Source: a virus
Lineage: Duplodnaviria; Caudoviricetes
IMG/VR virus record: IMGVR_UViG_3300011336_000243
Coordinates: 19,180 to 83,179 of that record
Direction: 5' to 3' (one strand)
DNA length: 64,000 bases
Shown here: piece by piece, positions 1-11,900 of the stretch
Position numbering within the stretch: position 1 is the stretch's first letter
How the letters are laid out: each line of letters starts with the position of its first letter
The notes under the pieces: generated by a model
Told to the model about the DNA's origin: nothing
The model's input: the letters and a program-made list of their open reading frames with translations, nothing else
The model's database searches: none
Program-made: the position numbers and the translations under genes

Positions 1-1071
1 TATTCTTCTATGAAAGAATTAGAAAATGCTGCTAGTAAGGCAGCAACAATGGAAGACTTAAAGCTAATAGTAGCTGAGTTTAAACCATTACTAGAAGAAA
101 GCTACAAAGAACTTGTAGAAACTGCTAGTCCGTACATTCACGTAAATAAGGATACAAACACTTTCTATTTGAAGTGGAATGATCGTATTCTTAAGTCTAT
201 GCCATTACCTACTAGTTTTGCAACTAAGTTAGTGGAAGTAGTAGAGAAAGGAATAGATACACTTCCTTTAATTAAGTGTTGGGTACGTTATCTTCGTCCA
301 TCAGAAGGAAGACCAGAGTATACTCTTCAAAGAGGTGAATCTTTTGCGTGGTTTATTAATGCTCCTTATGTTAATAGAGCTAAGGTTACAGAGTTAATGA
401 CTAAGCATGGTTTATCTGAGGAGTCTGCTATTAAAAGAGCTACAACTAATCAAGTTGCTATTACGCAAGAAGGTTTAATCGTAGGATATAAAGTTTCCGA
501 AGAAGTGACAGACAAGTTTATTTTAGATGCAGATGGTAACAAGAAAACGGTAAGTCGTTATACTCCTGAAGTAGATGAAGATACTGGTGTTATTACTTAT
601 AACAAACCAGAGTTTGTAGAAGATTTAGTTTTTAAACCTGCTATCATGGGCGATGGTGGTGATGCATTCTATTGTGGTGATAAACTAGGTCATCGTATTC
701 GCGTAGGTGAAAGACACTATTTACCTAAGTGGAGTCAAGTAGGTGCGCCTATGGGCCCTGGTCTTCACTTTGGCGGTCTTTCTTACATTAAGAACTATCA
801 ACACGAAGGAACAGTTACACATAATATCTTTGTTGATCCTGCTGACATTCACAGTGTTAGTATGCAAGGAGATGGTGCAGTAACTTGTAAAAGTTACTTT
901 GTTCACTCTTCTTTTGCAGGCGTAAACAAGTATATCTATCATTCTTCTACGTATAGTCAGTTGAAAGATGCAGAGTTTCAACAAGAGCTTCAAGCACTCC
1001 TTCAAGCACAAGACGAGAAGACAGCAGAGATCCAAGAAGTGAAAGAAGATTTCACTACGTTAAATTCTTAA
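1..1071 (+). CDS. rIIB: rIIB-like protein, probably 5'-truncated by the window edge
   Basis: ITQEGLIVGYKV, GLHFGGLSYIKNY and VDPADIHSV match the T4 rIIB-type pattern (ITxDG..AxK, GLH...Y, VxPxDvvS). The frame is open from base 1. Confidence 0.7.
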   Translation, partial: YSSMKELENAASKAATMEDLKLIVAEFKPLLEESYKELVETASPYIHVNKDTNTFYLKWNDRILKSMPLPTSFATKLVEVVEKGIDTLPLIKCWVRYLRPSEGRPEYTLQRGESFAWFINAPYVNRAKVTELMTKHGLSEESAIKRATTNQVAITQEGLIVGYKVSEEVTDKFILDADGNKKTVSRYTPEVDEDTGVITYNKPEFVEDLVFKPAIMGDGGDAFYCGDKLGHRIRVGERHYLPKWSQVGAPMGPGLHFGGLSYIKNYQHEGTVTHNIFVDPADIHSVSMQGDGAVTCKSYFVHSSFAGVNKYIYHSSTYSQLKDAEFQQELQALLQAQDEKTAEIQEVKEDFTTLNS

Positions 1072-1074
1072 ACA

Positions 1075-1119
1075 TTAAAAAAGGTAGGAGAGTATCAAAA
1101 CTTTCCTACCTTTATTCTT
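1075..1119 (+). terminator. Intrinsic terminator-like hairpin between rIIB and the resolvase gene
   Basis: AAAGGTAGGA-GAG / CTT-TCCTACCTTT stem, followed by a weak T-rich tail. Confidence 0.55.
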
Positions 1120-1563
1120 ATGAACGGAAAAAGAAATAGAACAGCAGGGCATGTATGGGAAAGAGAATGTGCTAAAAACCTTAGGGTTATAGGCTATGAG
1201 CACGTAGTTACATCAAGAAGTGAGAGTAAAAGAAGAGATGATTCAGGTGTAGACTTAATGAACAAAGACGAGTTTATCAATGGAAGACTACCATGGAATT
1301 TCCAGTGTAAGTCTACTATTACTTTAAACTATCTTAAAGTTTTAGAAGCTATGCCTAAAGACTCTCAGATTAATGTAATACTTCATAGACAGTCTAAACG
1401 TGCAGGAACAGTAATACGTACTGAAGCAGAGTATGCTGTCTTAGATGTAAAGCATGCACCTCAATTCTATAACTACGTAGTAATAGAAAAGAAGAACGGA
1501 GCAGTTCTACAAATAGAGTTAAAAGAATTTTACAACCAAATCAAACAAGATGCAAAGAATTAG
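1120..1563 (+). CDS. PD-(D/E)XK nuclease, Holliday junction resolvase-like
   Basis: G..WERECAK, GVDL and FQCKS motifs in a 147-aa protein. Confidence 0.75.
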   Translation: MNGKRNRTAGHVWERECAKNLRVIGYEHVVTSRSESKRRDDSGVDLMNKDEFINGRLPWNFQCKSTITLNYLKVLEAMPKDSQINVILHRQSKRAGTVIRTEAEYAVLDVKHAPQFYNYVVIEKKNGAVLQIELKEFYNQIKQDAKN

Positions 1564-2323
1564 CGTAATAGATGCGGACTCTATGGTCTGGATAATAGGC
1601 TGGGCAGTAAAAGATAATAAGAAAGATGACTTTGGTATAAAAGAAGTGGTGCAGGTAAAGTGTGACAGTCTTTTAAAATCTATTCTTAGTACTACTAACT
1701 CCACTGGTTACATAGGTGTATTCAGTGAAGGAAAGTCCAGTCGTTATACAGACTATAAGATGGCGCCTTATAAAGGCAAGAGACCAGAAAAACCAGAGTG
1801 GATGGTAGAGTGGGAAAGTTTTATTATAGATTTCTTAAAAGAGTCTTATGGTTTCTTTAGTATACCTGACTACGAAGCAGATGATATAGTAGCTATGATA
1901 GCTAAATTTCCTAAAGAAGAAACTGAAGTAGTTATCTGCAGTCCTGATAAGGACATGAAACAAATACCAGGACTTCACTATGATTATAAGAACTCCAACT
2001 TTACAGAAGTAGACGTAGTAAATGCTACGTTGATGAGTAAGTTTCTTATACTTTGTGGTGACTCTGCAGACAACATACTAGGCATACCTGGGACAGGAGA
2101 AGTAAAAGCTAAGAAACTGTTGCAAGAATGTACACATGATACTGAAGTATTATGTCCATGTGTACAGACTGCATACCAAAAACACTTTGGTCCATACTAC
2201 GGAGAAGTTATCTTAAAAGAGACTTATAATGCTGTCAACTTTATAGATTACGAAGATAAAAACTCCTTATGGAAAATACAGACATTAAACAAAAACGACT
2301 TGGAAACAGATCTGTTTTATTAA
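1550..2323 (+). CDS. 5'-3' exonuclease / flap endonuclease (T4 RNase H / T5 D15-like)
   Basis: IDADS, YKGKRPEKP, YEADD, SPDKDMKQIPG and GDSADNILGIPGTG (H3TH) motifs. Confidence 0.92.
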   Translation: MQRISVIDADSMVWIIGWAVKDNKKDDFGIKEVVQVKCDSLLKSILSTTNSTGYIGVFSEGKSSRYTDYKMAPYKGKRPEKPEWMVEWESFIIDFLKESYGFFSIPDYEADDIVAMIAKFPKEETEVVICSPDKDMKQIPGLHYDYKNSNFTEVDVVNATLMSKFLILCGDSADNILGIPGTGEVKAKKLLQECTHDTEVLCPCVQTAYQKHFGPYYGEVILKETYNAVNFIDYEDKNSLWKIQTLNKNDLETDLFY

Positions 2324-2328
2324 CAGCT

Positions 2329-2880
2329 ATGAGAGAACATCCTACAATTACAGCCATTAGAAAAGTATTAGATACGTACAACTTAAGTACCTATTTTCTA
2401 CTTCCTTTAGCAGGTATGAATATGACTACTTTCGGAGGAGATACTAATTATCTCAACTGTTTCTTAGGCTCATCGGGTGAGCTTATAGTAGAAGTGCAGA
2501 ATGTGGAATGGTGTCCTGAGATTACACGTTCTTTAATTAACTGGGAAAATGACAAAGGTACTTACTACATACACGTAGATATTCCTGAGCATTTCCTAGA
2601 AGAGTATGAACTCTATAAAGAAGGTAGGTATTCAGAGTTTAGTCAGAAGGCTAAAGACATTATTTACACTCACAGTGGTTTACTGTGGAAAGGAAAAATT
2701 GGGGGGAAGAAAGTATCAGACGTATCATTGTCAGACTATATTCTTCTTGCTTTTAACAAGTCTAAAGAAGCTAAGAAGTACTTAGAAGATATGATTTATG
2801 AGACTTGTTATGAAAGTAAAATTACAGAAGATATGGAGTTATTATCCAAACCTACAGAGAAAGACTACATAGTCGTTTAA
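2329..2880 (+). CDS. Hypothetical protein
   Basis: ORF 2269-2880. ATG 2329 is preferred because it avoids the overlap with the exonuclease gene. Confidence 0.7.
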   Translation: MREHPTITAIRKVLDTYNLSTYFLLPLAGMNMTTFGGDTNYLNCFLGSSGELIVEVQNVEWCPEITRSLINWENDKGTYYIHVDIPEHFLEEYELYKEGRYSEFSQKAKDIIYTHSGLLWKGKIGGKKVSDVSLSDYILLAFNKSKEAKKYLEDMIYETCYESKITEDMELLSKPTEKDYIVV

Positions 2881-2883
2881 TAG

Positions 2884-2919
2884 AAAAAGCCACAGCAGAA
2901 ATGTTGTGGCTTTTTTTTT
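2884..2919. terminator. Bidirectional intrinsic terminator between the converging replication and virion blocks
   Basis: A5-GCCACAGCA-GAAA-TGTTGTGGC-T9. Confidence 0.9.
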
Positions 2920-2933
2920 AGAATTTGCGTCTA

Positions 2934-3281
2934 CTAGCTTTGATCTGCTTCAATCGGATCTTCTGGTAACGTAGGTAATACTATAGTGTCTGTTGTAGGG
3001 ATTTCAATAGTCTCTCCTTCAGTTACACCCATTTCTTCTAAGACAGGATTAGTGGTTAAATCTTCTTCTGTTACTACGTGTTCGTAGTGACCACCAGCTG
3101 CTTCAATTTGAGGTGCTATTAAGTCTTCAATCTCTTTAGTTACTTCTTCTTGAGTCTTTCTTGAAGTGTTAGGATTGTACACTGCTGCATAAGCATCACT
3201 ATAAGTTTGTTCCCAGTGAAGGCCTACTGATTCTGCTTGTTCTTGTAACCAAGCTAGTTCTTGTTTAATTTCTTGATACAT
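2934..3281 (-). CDS. Acidic hypothetical protein
   Basis: 115-aa ORF, last gene of the minus-strand block, Glu-rich (VTEEDLTTNPVLEEMG). Confidence 0.7.
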   Translation of the reverse strand: MYQEIKQELAWLQEQAESVGLHWEQTYSDAYAAVYNPNTSRKTQEEVTKEIEDLIAPQIEAAGGHYEHVVTEEDLTTNPVLEEMGVTEGETIEIPTTDTIVLPTLPEDPIEADQS

Positions 3282-3307
3282 GTTTCTAAATTTAGGAGTT
3301 AAAGGTA

Positions 3308-3580
3308 CTAATAAAAACTTTCTTCCTCAACTTTTTTCCATTTTCCTTTAGGACATTCTTCTTTTTTATTAGTAGTCTTTGCTGCCAAAGGACAACCACA
3401 GACTTCACACTTAAAAACATTTCCTTGTTGGTTGACGGTAGTTACTACTAGTTTACCTAATGTAGTCAGTTGCTGCTTAAAAGGACAAGTGTCACATATA
3501 GCTAATCTTTCTTTTACTAGTTCTTTGTTAGAAGACGTAGCGTAGTTAAACCAACCTTGTGCTATATTTACTAAGTCCAT
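3308..3580 (-). CDS. Small Cys-rich putative Zn-binding protein
   Basis: R..ICDTCP, CEVCGCP and ECPKGKW pattern. Confidence 0.75.
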   Translation of the reverse strand: MDLVNIAQGWFNYATSSNKELVKERLAICDTCPFKQQLTTLGKLVVTTVNQQGNVFKCEVCGCPLAAKTTNKKEECPKGKWKKVEEESFY

Positions 3581-4821
3581 TATACTTGACGAATTACTCT
3601 ACCACCAGGAAGAATATGTTTTTTAACTACTAAAGAAACATCACACCAAAGTTGTGCACTGACACTTAAATCTAAACTTTCAATTTCACGAGCATTACCT
3701 TTTAAAGTTTCTTTAATATCACTCATATTAGTAATAGCTACAGAACGTCCGTTAAGATAAAACAAAGTAGAAGTATTAATATCTTGTGTAACTGAAGTTT
3801 TCCCAACTATATAAGGAAGTCCAGAAGCAGGATTTACTCCACTAGCAACTGAAACAAAAAATAAACTAGCTCCACCTATAGTAATATCTACACTTCTTAA
3901 TGCTGGTAGTGCTACTGTGTTCTTTATTGTTATCATAACTTCTATATCTAAATGCACAAGTCCTCCTTCTATATTAGCATCATCTGGATAAAGAGGAGTA
4001 AATGGTAAAGTTATAGTAGCAGTTTCTAAAGTACCACCTGCATTACTATATTCTCTAGGTTCTATAAAGTATACTTCTGTTTGATTCACGTTACCCGCAG
4101 GAAGAGCAATAGACTCTGCAGCTATTACCTTACCTACTCTATTAACTTCTATCTTAGGAAACGTAGTAAGTGAACCGTATGTTCCTGCCAAGTCGTTAAT
4201 AACTGTATTAGCTACTACTATTTTAGCAGGTTCTGTAAGTGTAGCCGCTACTGGTGTAACAGTTACATCTCCAGTAGCAGGAACCAATTGTGTAGGTTTA
4301 ACACTAACTATTCCACCTGGCGCTATTGCTCCACCTGTGTTTACTACTACAGGAAGTACAGGTATACCTGTAGGTAATACAACAGATGGATCTCCTGATA
4401 ATACAAAAGGTCTTTCTGGTGTAACTCCAGTAACTCCAGTAACATGTCCTTGTGCATTCACAGTAATCTGAGGTATTACACTTGCACTTCCATAAGTACC
4501 TGCAGTAACTCCAGAGTTAGAGTGTCCTATGACGTGTGTACTATTGTTGATAGTAATTTGCTGTGCAGGAGTATAGAAGTTATTGTACAGTATTTGTAAA
4601 ACATCTGAGGACGTAATTAACGTAGTTCCTCCTAGTAAATCTTGTAGTGTTATGTTTACATCTCCAGTTTGTCCATTTACTGATGATACACTACAACAGT
4701 CAGTATCATTTTGTAAAGGGTTATAGATGTCCATAGAAGAAGGACAGCCACAAGGACTTCCACTCATTGATAAATCGAGGCTATCTCCTAGGATACCTCC
4801 ACATGTAGTACAGTTACTCAT
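3580..4821 (-). CDS. Fibre-like structural protein
   Basis: VSSVNGQTGDV, two AGTYGS..P.I.V...G.V repeats, Val/Thr/Pro-rich, Cys-rich N-terminus. Confidence 0.65.
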   Translation of the reverse strand: MSNCTTCGGILGDSLDLSMSGSPCGCPSSMDIYNPLQNDTDCCSVSSVNGQTGDVNITLQDLLGGTTLITSSDVLQILYNNFYTPAQQITINNSTHVIGHSNSGVTAGTYGSASVIPQITVNAQGHVTGVTGVTPERPFVLSGDPSVVLPTGIPVLPVVVNTGGAIAPGGIVSVKPTQLVPATGDVTVTPVAATLTEPAKIVVANTVINDLAGTYGSLTTFPKIEVNRVGKVIAAESIALPAGNVNQTEVYFIEPREYSNAGGTLETATITLPFTPLYPDDANIEGGLVHLDIEVMITIKNTVALPALRSVDITIGGASLFFVSVASGVNPASGLPYIVGKTSVTQDINTSTLFYLNGRSVAITNMSDIKETLKGNAREIESLDLSVSAQLWCDVSLVVKKHILPGGRVIRQV

Positions 4822-5089
4822 TACAGCAGTTGGTGTTTATACGTTCTAATTTAAGGGTTATAGCATTCAGTTGAGCAGGACTAAGCAAAGACTCTCCATC
4901 TACTTCATGGTTGTCTAGTGCGTAAGAGTAAAGGAAGATGCAGTAAGGATTTACTACGTCTCCGCATTTACTAGAAATAAGAAAAAGCTTTTTAATGTAG
5001 TCACTAATGATAGAGTCTACTACTAGTTCTTTGGCTACGCTTTTAGCTTTGCATATTTCTTCTGGTAAAGTAGTGATTGCGTAACTCAT
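4814..5089 (-). CDS. Small Cys-containing putative virion protein
   Basis: TAATG coupling with the upstream gene at 5087-5091. Ends in NTNCCNE. Confidence 0.65.
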   Translation of the reverse strand: MSYAITTLPEEICKAKSVAKELVVDSIISDYIKKLFLISSKCGDVVNPYCIFLYSYALDNHEVDGESLLSPAQLNAITLKLERINTNCCNE

Positions 5090-5868
5090 TAGCAAGAAGA
5101 ACAGTTAGGTGTTGAAGAAATATTTTTAGAAAGAAGTGCAGTAGCCTGTGCTGCTTTTTGGTAGTTTCCGCAGTTAAAAGCTACTGTAGCAGCAGTCTTT
5201 AAAAGAAGTTTACCCATAATAGCTTTTGCAGTAGGCATGTCACAACTAATCCCATCTAAAGCTTCAGTAAGACTCATTTCTCCTATCTGCTTTACTAAGT
5301 CATTACCAGCTTCGTTTGTAATTAGTACAAACTTTTGTGCTTTGTATACAGTGTAAAGATTAGTAGAGTTTGCAGGAGGAGTAGAAGTTAATAAGATAGT
5401 ATCTGGAGCAGAAACTTCTAATCCTTTGATTACATTAATAGCAGTAGGATCAATACTTTGTGGAGTAGTTGTAGTTATTAAACCATACGCACCACTCATC
5501 CATCCATTAACTATAGTACCTACACCAGCTCCAGTTAAAGTCATAGTGTTCCCACTGACCGTAAAAGTTCCTGAATAAGGCATTAGAAAATACTCTGTAA
5601 ACAAGTGAATACCGTCTTGTAGTGCAAACGTAGTTACTACACTATTTGCGTTTACAGCTGTTGCTGGAGTATAAATTATCTTTTCTACCTCTGTACTTCC
5701 GTACATTTGGTGGTATAAAGATTTAGTCCATGCTTGGTTGTAAGGAGGAGTATTCCCTGGTTGGTTGTAACCAGTTGGGTCAGTAGGCCAAGCCCCTGTA
5801 ACTTCTGCAATTGTCCATTGAGTAGCTAAGGTATTAATGTTCTGGATGGCTATTTTAGGTGTAAACAT
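5089..5868 (-). CDS. Putative virion structural protein (fibre hub / head fibre-like)
   Basis: 259 aa, Thr-rich beta region with a helical Cys-containing C-terminus. Has its own promoter. Confidence 0.6.
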   Translation of the reverse strand: MFTPKIAIQNINTLATQWTIAEVTGAWPTDPTGYNQPGNTPPYNQAWTKSLYHQMYGSTEVEKIIYTPATAVNANSVVTTFALQDGIHLFTEYFLMPYSGTFTVSGNTMTLTGAGVGTIVNGWMSGAYGLITTTTPQSIDPTAINVIKGLEVSAPDTILLTSTPPANSTNLYTVYKAQKFVLITNEAGNDLVKQIGEMSLTEALDGISCDMPTAKAIMGKLLLKTAATVAFNCGNYQKAAQATALLSKNISSTPNCSSC

Positions 5869-5872
5869 AAGG

Positions 5873-5880
5873 CAAATTTA
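5873..5880 (-). promoter_or_regulatory. Bacteroidota -7 promoter box TAAATTTG, 4 nt before ATG
   Basis: Matches the TAnnTTTG consensus. Confidence 0.7.
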
Positions 5881-5919
5881 AGCTGTTTTTAAGTAAGTTT
5901 ATAATTTTTCTGTGTCAAG

Positions 5920-8900
5920 TTATCTTTTTATATCTTCAAGGCTTCTATTAAACATAAAGTCAAACTTGTTTAAGTTATTCACAATAGGAACTACTTTACT
6001 CCATTTCAACAATAAATCATGATATAAGTCTGGATCTTCTTCATAAGTTAGTTTAGCTGTAGCTTTAGTTGCTTTCCAAGCATCTTGTACTAAAGAAGCA
6101 GCAGGAATAAGACTACCTGTAAACTGACTAAACGTACCATAATCTGAATACATACTTACGTCTTGGTAGTTTCTATACAAGATATTAGTCATCATAGAAA
6201 CAAATTTCTTTTCAGCTTCATCGTCATCATCTAATCCTTTTAACATCATTCTGATTAACTGAGTAAGTGCATACAATCCTATACCATAAGATAGTTCTGC
6301 CATATTTCTACGTAAGTTCTCTATCTCAAAGTCACGTATAGGCATCTTCTTTAATATCTTTTCTCCTTTAGCATTAGTAGTCCACTGGTCAGTCATTAAA
6401 CCTTCATAAGGATCTATGCTTTTGTTTATTACGCTAAGCATTTGCTTACCTACAACTTTAAAACTACTAGAACCTAAGTCTATATAAGTACGATAACGTC
6501 CTTTAGTTTTTCTACCTAGTACAACATCTTCTTCTTGAGACTCTCCTCCCCATCTAGCATTAATACCATCATATAACCAAGAATTTCTAAACTGTCCAAT
6601 TAATCTACCTAAGATTTCTTTACGTCCATACTGAGGAGAGTTTTTATCTTGGTTACCAAAAACAATTATAGAAGTGTGACGTACTTTAGTTTTAAACTTA
6701 TTCCAGTCTGTCTGAAGAGTCTTGTCTTTAGAATACCAGTTTTCTGCTTTTCCATTAGCTTCTTCATCCCATTTAGCATCTTGTCCCAAAGCTTCAAATA
6801 AGTTTGTAGCTACTCCATTTACTTCTACTTTAGTATTTAAGGCCATAGCTAATGCCATAGCACCTTTAGATAAGAAGTCACCATTCTTTTGCCATGCCAT
6901 TGGATCAAATGTCTTCTTTAGATTACTACGTTCAAGTTCTGTAAGATTAGATTTACCAGCTTGTGTTTCTAAAAACTGATCTATTAAACCTATTCTGTCT
7001 AAGAAGTTTTTAATCTTTTGTGCTTGGTCCGAACCTTTAGCTCCTCTAATAGACCCTAAAGTTTTTACTATGTTTCCTCGCATCATTTTTAAAGCAGTTC
7101 CATACTGTTTAGAACTAAATTCTCCATTAGTAAAACCATCTTTATCAGCTCTAAAGCCCATAGAGTAGATATGTACTGCCATTAAACCATAAGTTAAGTT
7201 TGCGAATGCAGAGAAAGGACTAAAAGCTAATGCACGTAGTTGATTAATGCCCATAAGAGTATCACCTGCCTTAGATACAGCAAAATAACGCTTCTTATCC
7301 TCCATAGCTTCAAACTCTTTGTTTACTTGTGCTAACTCTTTTTCTAGTAATGCAATCTCTTCTTTTTGAAGTTCTACGTCTAGTGTTTTTAGTTTTTCTA
7401 CAATCTCTTCTTTTTTATCACGTAGTGCTTCATATCTTCTTGTATCTGACTCCCACTTTAAAGGGTTCATAGTGAATATAGGTTTCTTAGAAACACCTTG
7501 TACATTAATCGCTTTCTTACGAACTAGTGCATCATTATAATAATCTACGGCATCCATTAAGTTAGTCAACTCTGGTTTTTCTTTATTATCAGAGTTCTTT
7601 CTTTTTTGAGACTCTTTATTAATCAAAGTCTTCATCGTAGTATATTGAGCTTCCATTGGCGCCATGTAGTGAAAGTGTATAGCCATGTTACCAAACATCT
7701 CAAACATCTTGAATAGATCACGTGAAGCAGTACTTTTATTTCCTTTAGTATACATCAAAGGAATAGAACCATTTCCTACTCTGTTTACTTGTTCTTCTGT
7801 AACACTGAAAGCATGGAATATTTTCTTTCCTACATTAGTGTTTTGCATCCTAGTAAGAAGTCCATAGTTTTCTTCTACATCTGCTGCATTAGTAATAGGC
7901 AAGAAGTTTTCATGTAGTTGATTTTGTACGTTAGGAGGTAAATAACTTCTAAACTCTTTAGACATATTTTTAAACGTCTCATAGATTTTAGATAATCTTT
8001 TATCTCCCATAATAACATTATACTTAGGGTCTATGTTACTACTACTAGCCTTAGGAATAAAAGCAGGTGCGTAGTATCCAGTGTGACGTAAGTTAGGATG
8101 TTCCTCTGGTTTAGCTTGTGTATCTGTAAAAAAGAATGGACTACGTTCTTGCTGATACCTAGTAAACTCTTGAGCAGCTTTATCTTTTAACGCTTCTTCT
8201 CTTCTAGTTTCAATAACAGCATCTAGTTCAGCTTTGTACTCTGCAGTTCCCACAGCATACGTAGAAGTAAAACTTTTTGTAATTGCTAGAACTAATTCTG
8301 CATCTTCACCAGGTGTAAGTTTTACGTTGTCTAAGATATGATTTTTACGTACATTCTTAGAGTCATTAAACCTTTGAATAGTAGCTTGTGTACTACGTAT
8401 AGCGTCGTCTACTATTTCTTTACTACCACAGAAATCTACTAAAGCTTTATACTCTGCAGAATCCTCTCCTAGTTTTCTAGTTCCATCATAGTTAAAGAAT
8501 AAGTTAGGATCTATAATCATCTGGTCTTTTTTAGTTTCCCAGAATCTATCCCAAGCTTTCTTTACTTCAGCAGGAGCGTTACTATTTCTCTTAGCATTCC
8601 AAAGAGTATCTATATGTTTGCCAAGTATTTTAGAGTTGTTAGTATACCATTGTGAGTTTAGTCTTTGCGTAAGTCCAAACATATTAGGGTCCGATGGGTC
8701 ACTTTGAATAAACAAGTCCATTACTTCTTGTTGTGACTTTCCTGTAGCCTGTTGATATTCTTTCATCAAAGCTTTCAAATCTACTAAAGCGTCTCTATGT
8801 TCTAGTTGAGACTCTTGAGCCATATCAGCAGCCATCTTTACTTGGATAGCATAAGACTGTATTGCTCTGTTTAGATCTTTAGCTAATGTTAGTCCCCATT

Positions 8901-11900
8901 TGGTAAGAAGATTAGGGTTTTGTAAGTCATCTGTAAAGTCTTTAGTCTCTACGGTAAATCCTGCTTTAGCACTTACTTTAATTAAAGTGTGACCTGCATA
9001 CTCTTGCATTTGAGGAATAAGTCCGTCTAATTGTTTACGTACATCTCCCATTTGATTATAAACTGTAGGGATTAACTTAGGAGAGTCTGGTGTGTATATA
9101 TCAGTAATACCTTCCCAAAGTTTAAGAAGCGTACTAATCATACTACACTCTTCATGGGTCATTGCCTTACGATTAAGTAAAGTTCTGGCCCAGTCTAGTT
9201 GTTTAGCAGCAATGTCGTTTAAAAGTAACAAGTCTTTTTCTCTGATTACGTTTGACAAGTCTTCAGAGATTTCATCGTATATCTTTTCAGCTATACCTCT
9301 ACGTTCAAACTCTTCAGGAGTATATGCGTTGATAGCAATTACTGTGTTGACTTGATCTAACTGTAGTTCCATCCTTTCACGTAGTATCTCTAACTGTCTA
9401 GCATCCGCTAAAGACTTGCTAGGAGTTACTGGTGCTATAGAATAGTGAGTACCTAAATCTACTACGTCATTTTCTATTCCATAGACTTTCTCTACAACAG
9501 CAGACTGCTCTATGGCATTATACTCAGAAGCAAAGATGTTATCCCCTAGTTCAAACTTACCATCTGCATTACGAGTTAACTCTAATTTGTCTGTACGTTT
9601 AACTATATCATAAGCTAAGGCATAAGCTTCTTTTAGTATAGACTTGTCATTAACTGTTACTCCTATACTTTCTAACATAGAAGTAAGGAAATCTAAGATG
9701 TTGTCAATAAGATTTTGATACCATGCTTTATCTCCTTCTACTGTGTTTAAAAACTTAATTACACTGCCTTCAGTTAATACTCCAGGGATAAACTCTGTTA
9801 CACTAGATAAAGCATACATGATTTGAAACTCTTCATTAGTAGGTCTCATTTCTTTTTCTACTTCACGTAAACGAGCATCTCTATCAGGAGTACTCTCTTC
9901 TTTCATTATCGCTATTAGTCTGTCAGCTATAGCTCTACGTTCTTCACTAAGACCATTTCTAAAAGCACTTAATGCTTGGTAACGTAGTTTATCTAAACGT
10001 GCTGCCTTCTTAAACAAGACTTGATTGTTCTTAATTACTGTAGTATACCCTGGTTTGTTACCAAAGCCTAGTAATGATAAAACTGCTGAGCTATTAACGT
10101 GAGTAAGTTCATGAAGAAGTTTACCAGACATCTTAGCTATAGAAGACTGTCCTCTATTTGTTCCTAAAGTTATTTTGTTATTTCTAATAGAGTAAAGATT
10201 AGCGTTACCATTGTTAACTTCTAAAGACAATTGACCATAAGTATCTCCTAGTAAAGAAGCAAGTTGGTCTTCTCCACGTAAGTCCATCAAACTCATCTGA
10301 TCCGCTAATACGCGTAAGTGCCCAGGTAATTCTACGTTTACACTCATTAAGTCTAAAGCATATTGAATCTCTGTAGTTCCAACTGTAGTCCCTTCTAAGT
10401 TTTTTAAGTAGTTACCGTTTCTATCATGTAACTCTTTTACTTCTCTGTTTAATCTTGCTTTTTCTTCATTAGTAGCAGTACCTGTTTGTTGCATTGAAGT
10501 ATAAGCTCTGTTCTTAGGGAAGACAGACCTCATGTGAGAAGTATTTAAGTCGTACTCTGTTAAAGCGCCTTTACCTAAAGTATCTATACGTTGATACGTA
10601 AGTCCACCTACGTTAGCATACAAAGCAACACCACTAGGAAACTCTACGTGAAAGTAACTAACAGCACCATCATCTGTTTCTAATGGTTCTATTACTTTTC
10701 TATTACTATTATTTAAGTTAAAGACTTCTGGAATACTAAGACCATCATTTATCTTATAAGAAGAGATGTCTCTGTAGTTCATTTTAACTGCATCAGTAGG
10801 GTTATGCTGAAAGTACTGTCTTGTAATATTTCCTACTTTAGCTTCCATGTCTCTTAACTCTTGTGAGAACTCTTTACTAAGTAATAGAGCTGCAGGAACT
10901 TTAGAGATAAAACTATTGGGTCCATTATTAGGAGAAAGAAGTAAAGCGTAAGTAGCTATATCTTTTGCTAGTTGAGCAGTCTTCTTGTCTGTACTATTAA
11001 ACATACTCATAAAAGCATTGATGTTAGCTTCTGTGTCCATCAAGACAGCTTTCCCATTTTCGTAACTAATAGTACTAGGTTCTGCAATAGACTTGCTTCC
11101 TTGTACTTTAATTCTTTCTACAAAGTAGTTACCAGGGTTTTCTTTTCTCCACTCAAATACTCTTTGTGCTAATGAAGTTTCTGTAGCTGTTCCATAAAGT
11201 AGTCTTATTCTTTCTGCATACTTATCTACTCCTAAAGAAAGAGGAGAAGAAAGTACAGCAGCTTTATACGCTCTTTGTAACTTCAATGCTTTTTCATTAG
11301 ACAAAGAAGTTAAACTAGTTTTCATTTGGATAGCTATTTTACTGTTAACTTCTTGCATAGATCTCATAGGCATTAAGTCTGATTGTAAGTCTGTAGCTAA
11401 TCCTATAGTTAAATTAAATAAAGTACTCTTTTCTATGTTGTCTGCTAAAAGAGTATGACCTCCTATAAAAGATCTACCTCCATTTAGTTCAAAAAGATTT
11501 GTTTTATTTTCTGCTTGACTCTGTGCGTAGATAAAGTTTTTACCTGCACCATTAGTATCTTGGTTTATTGTTTTTTGTAGTTTACCTAAGTCTTGTCCTT
11601 TCTCGTAAGCATATCTAAAAGCCTTAAAAGCTTGTAACTCTAAAGCTTTTTGTTCTGGAGTAAGTTCTTTAGTTTTTACTAAATCTTCAAGACTTTTAGA
11701 AGTAATAGGTATCATAGTTTCTTCTACTTTTTTGTAAGAAGCTTCTATCTCGTCAAAAATCTTTTCTGCATTTTTAGGGAACTCACTAATACTATCTTTA
11801 GCATTACTCATCATCTTAGCAAACTTCTTTATTGGAGCTTGTAACATTAAAGCTATTACAAAGTCTACACCTAAAGCTTCTCCTTTACTGTTTCCTAGTT

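Noticed and set aside
3300-3307. TACCTTTA upstream of the 115-aa gene as a promoter
   Set aside because: It mismatches the TTTG consensus and the gene can be read from the upstream operon.
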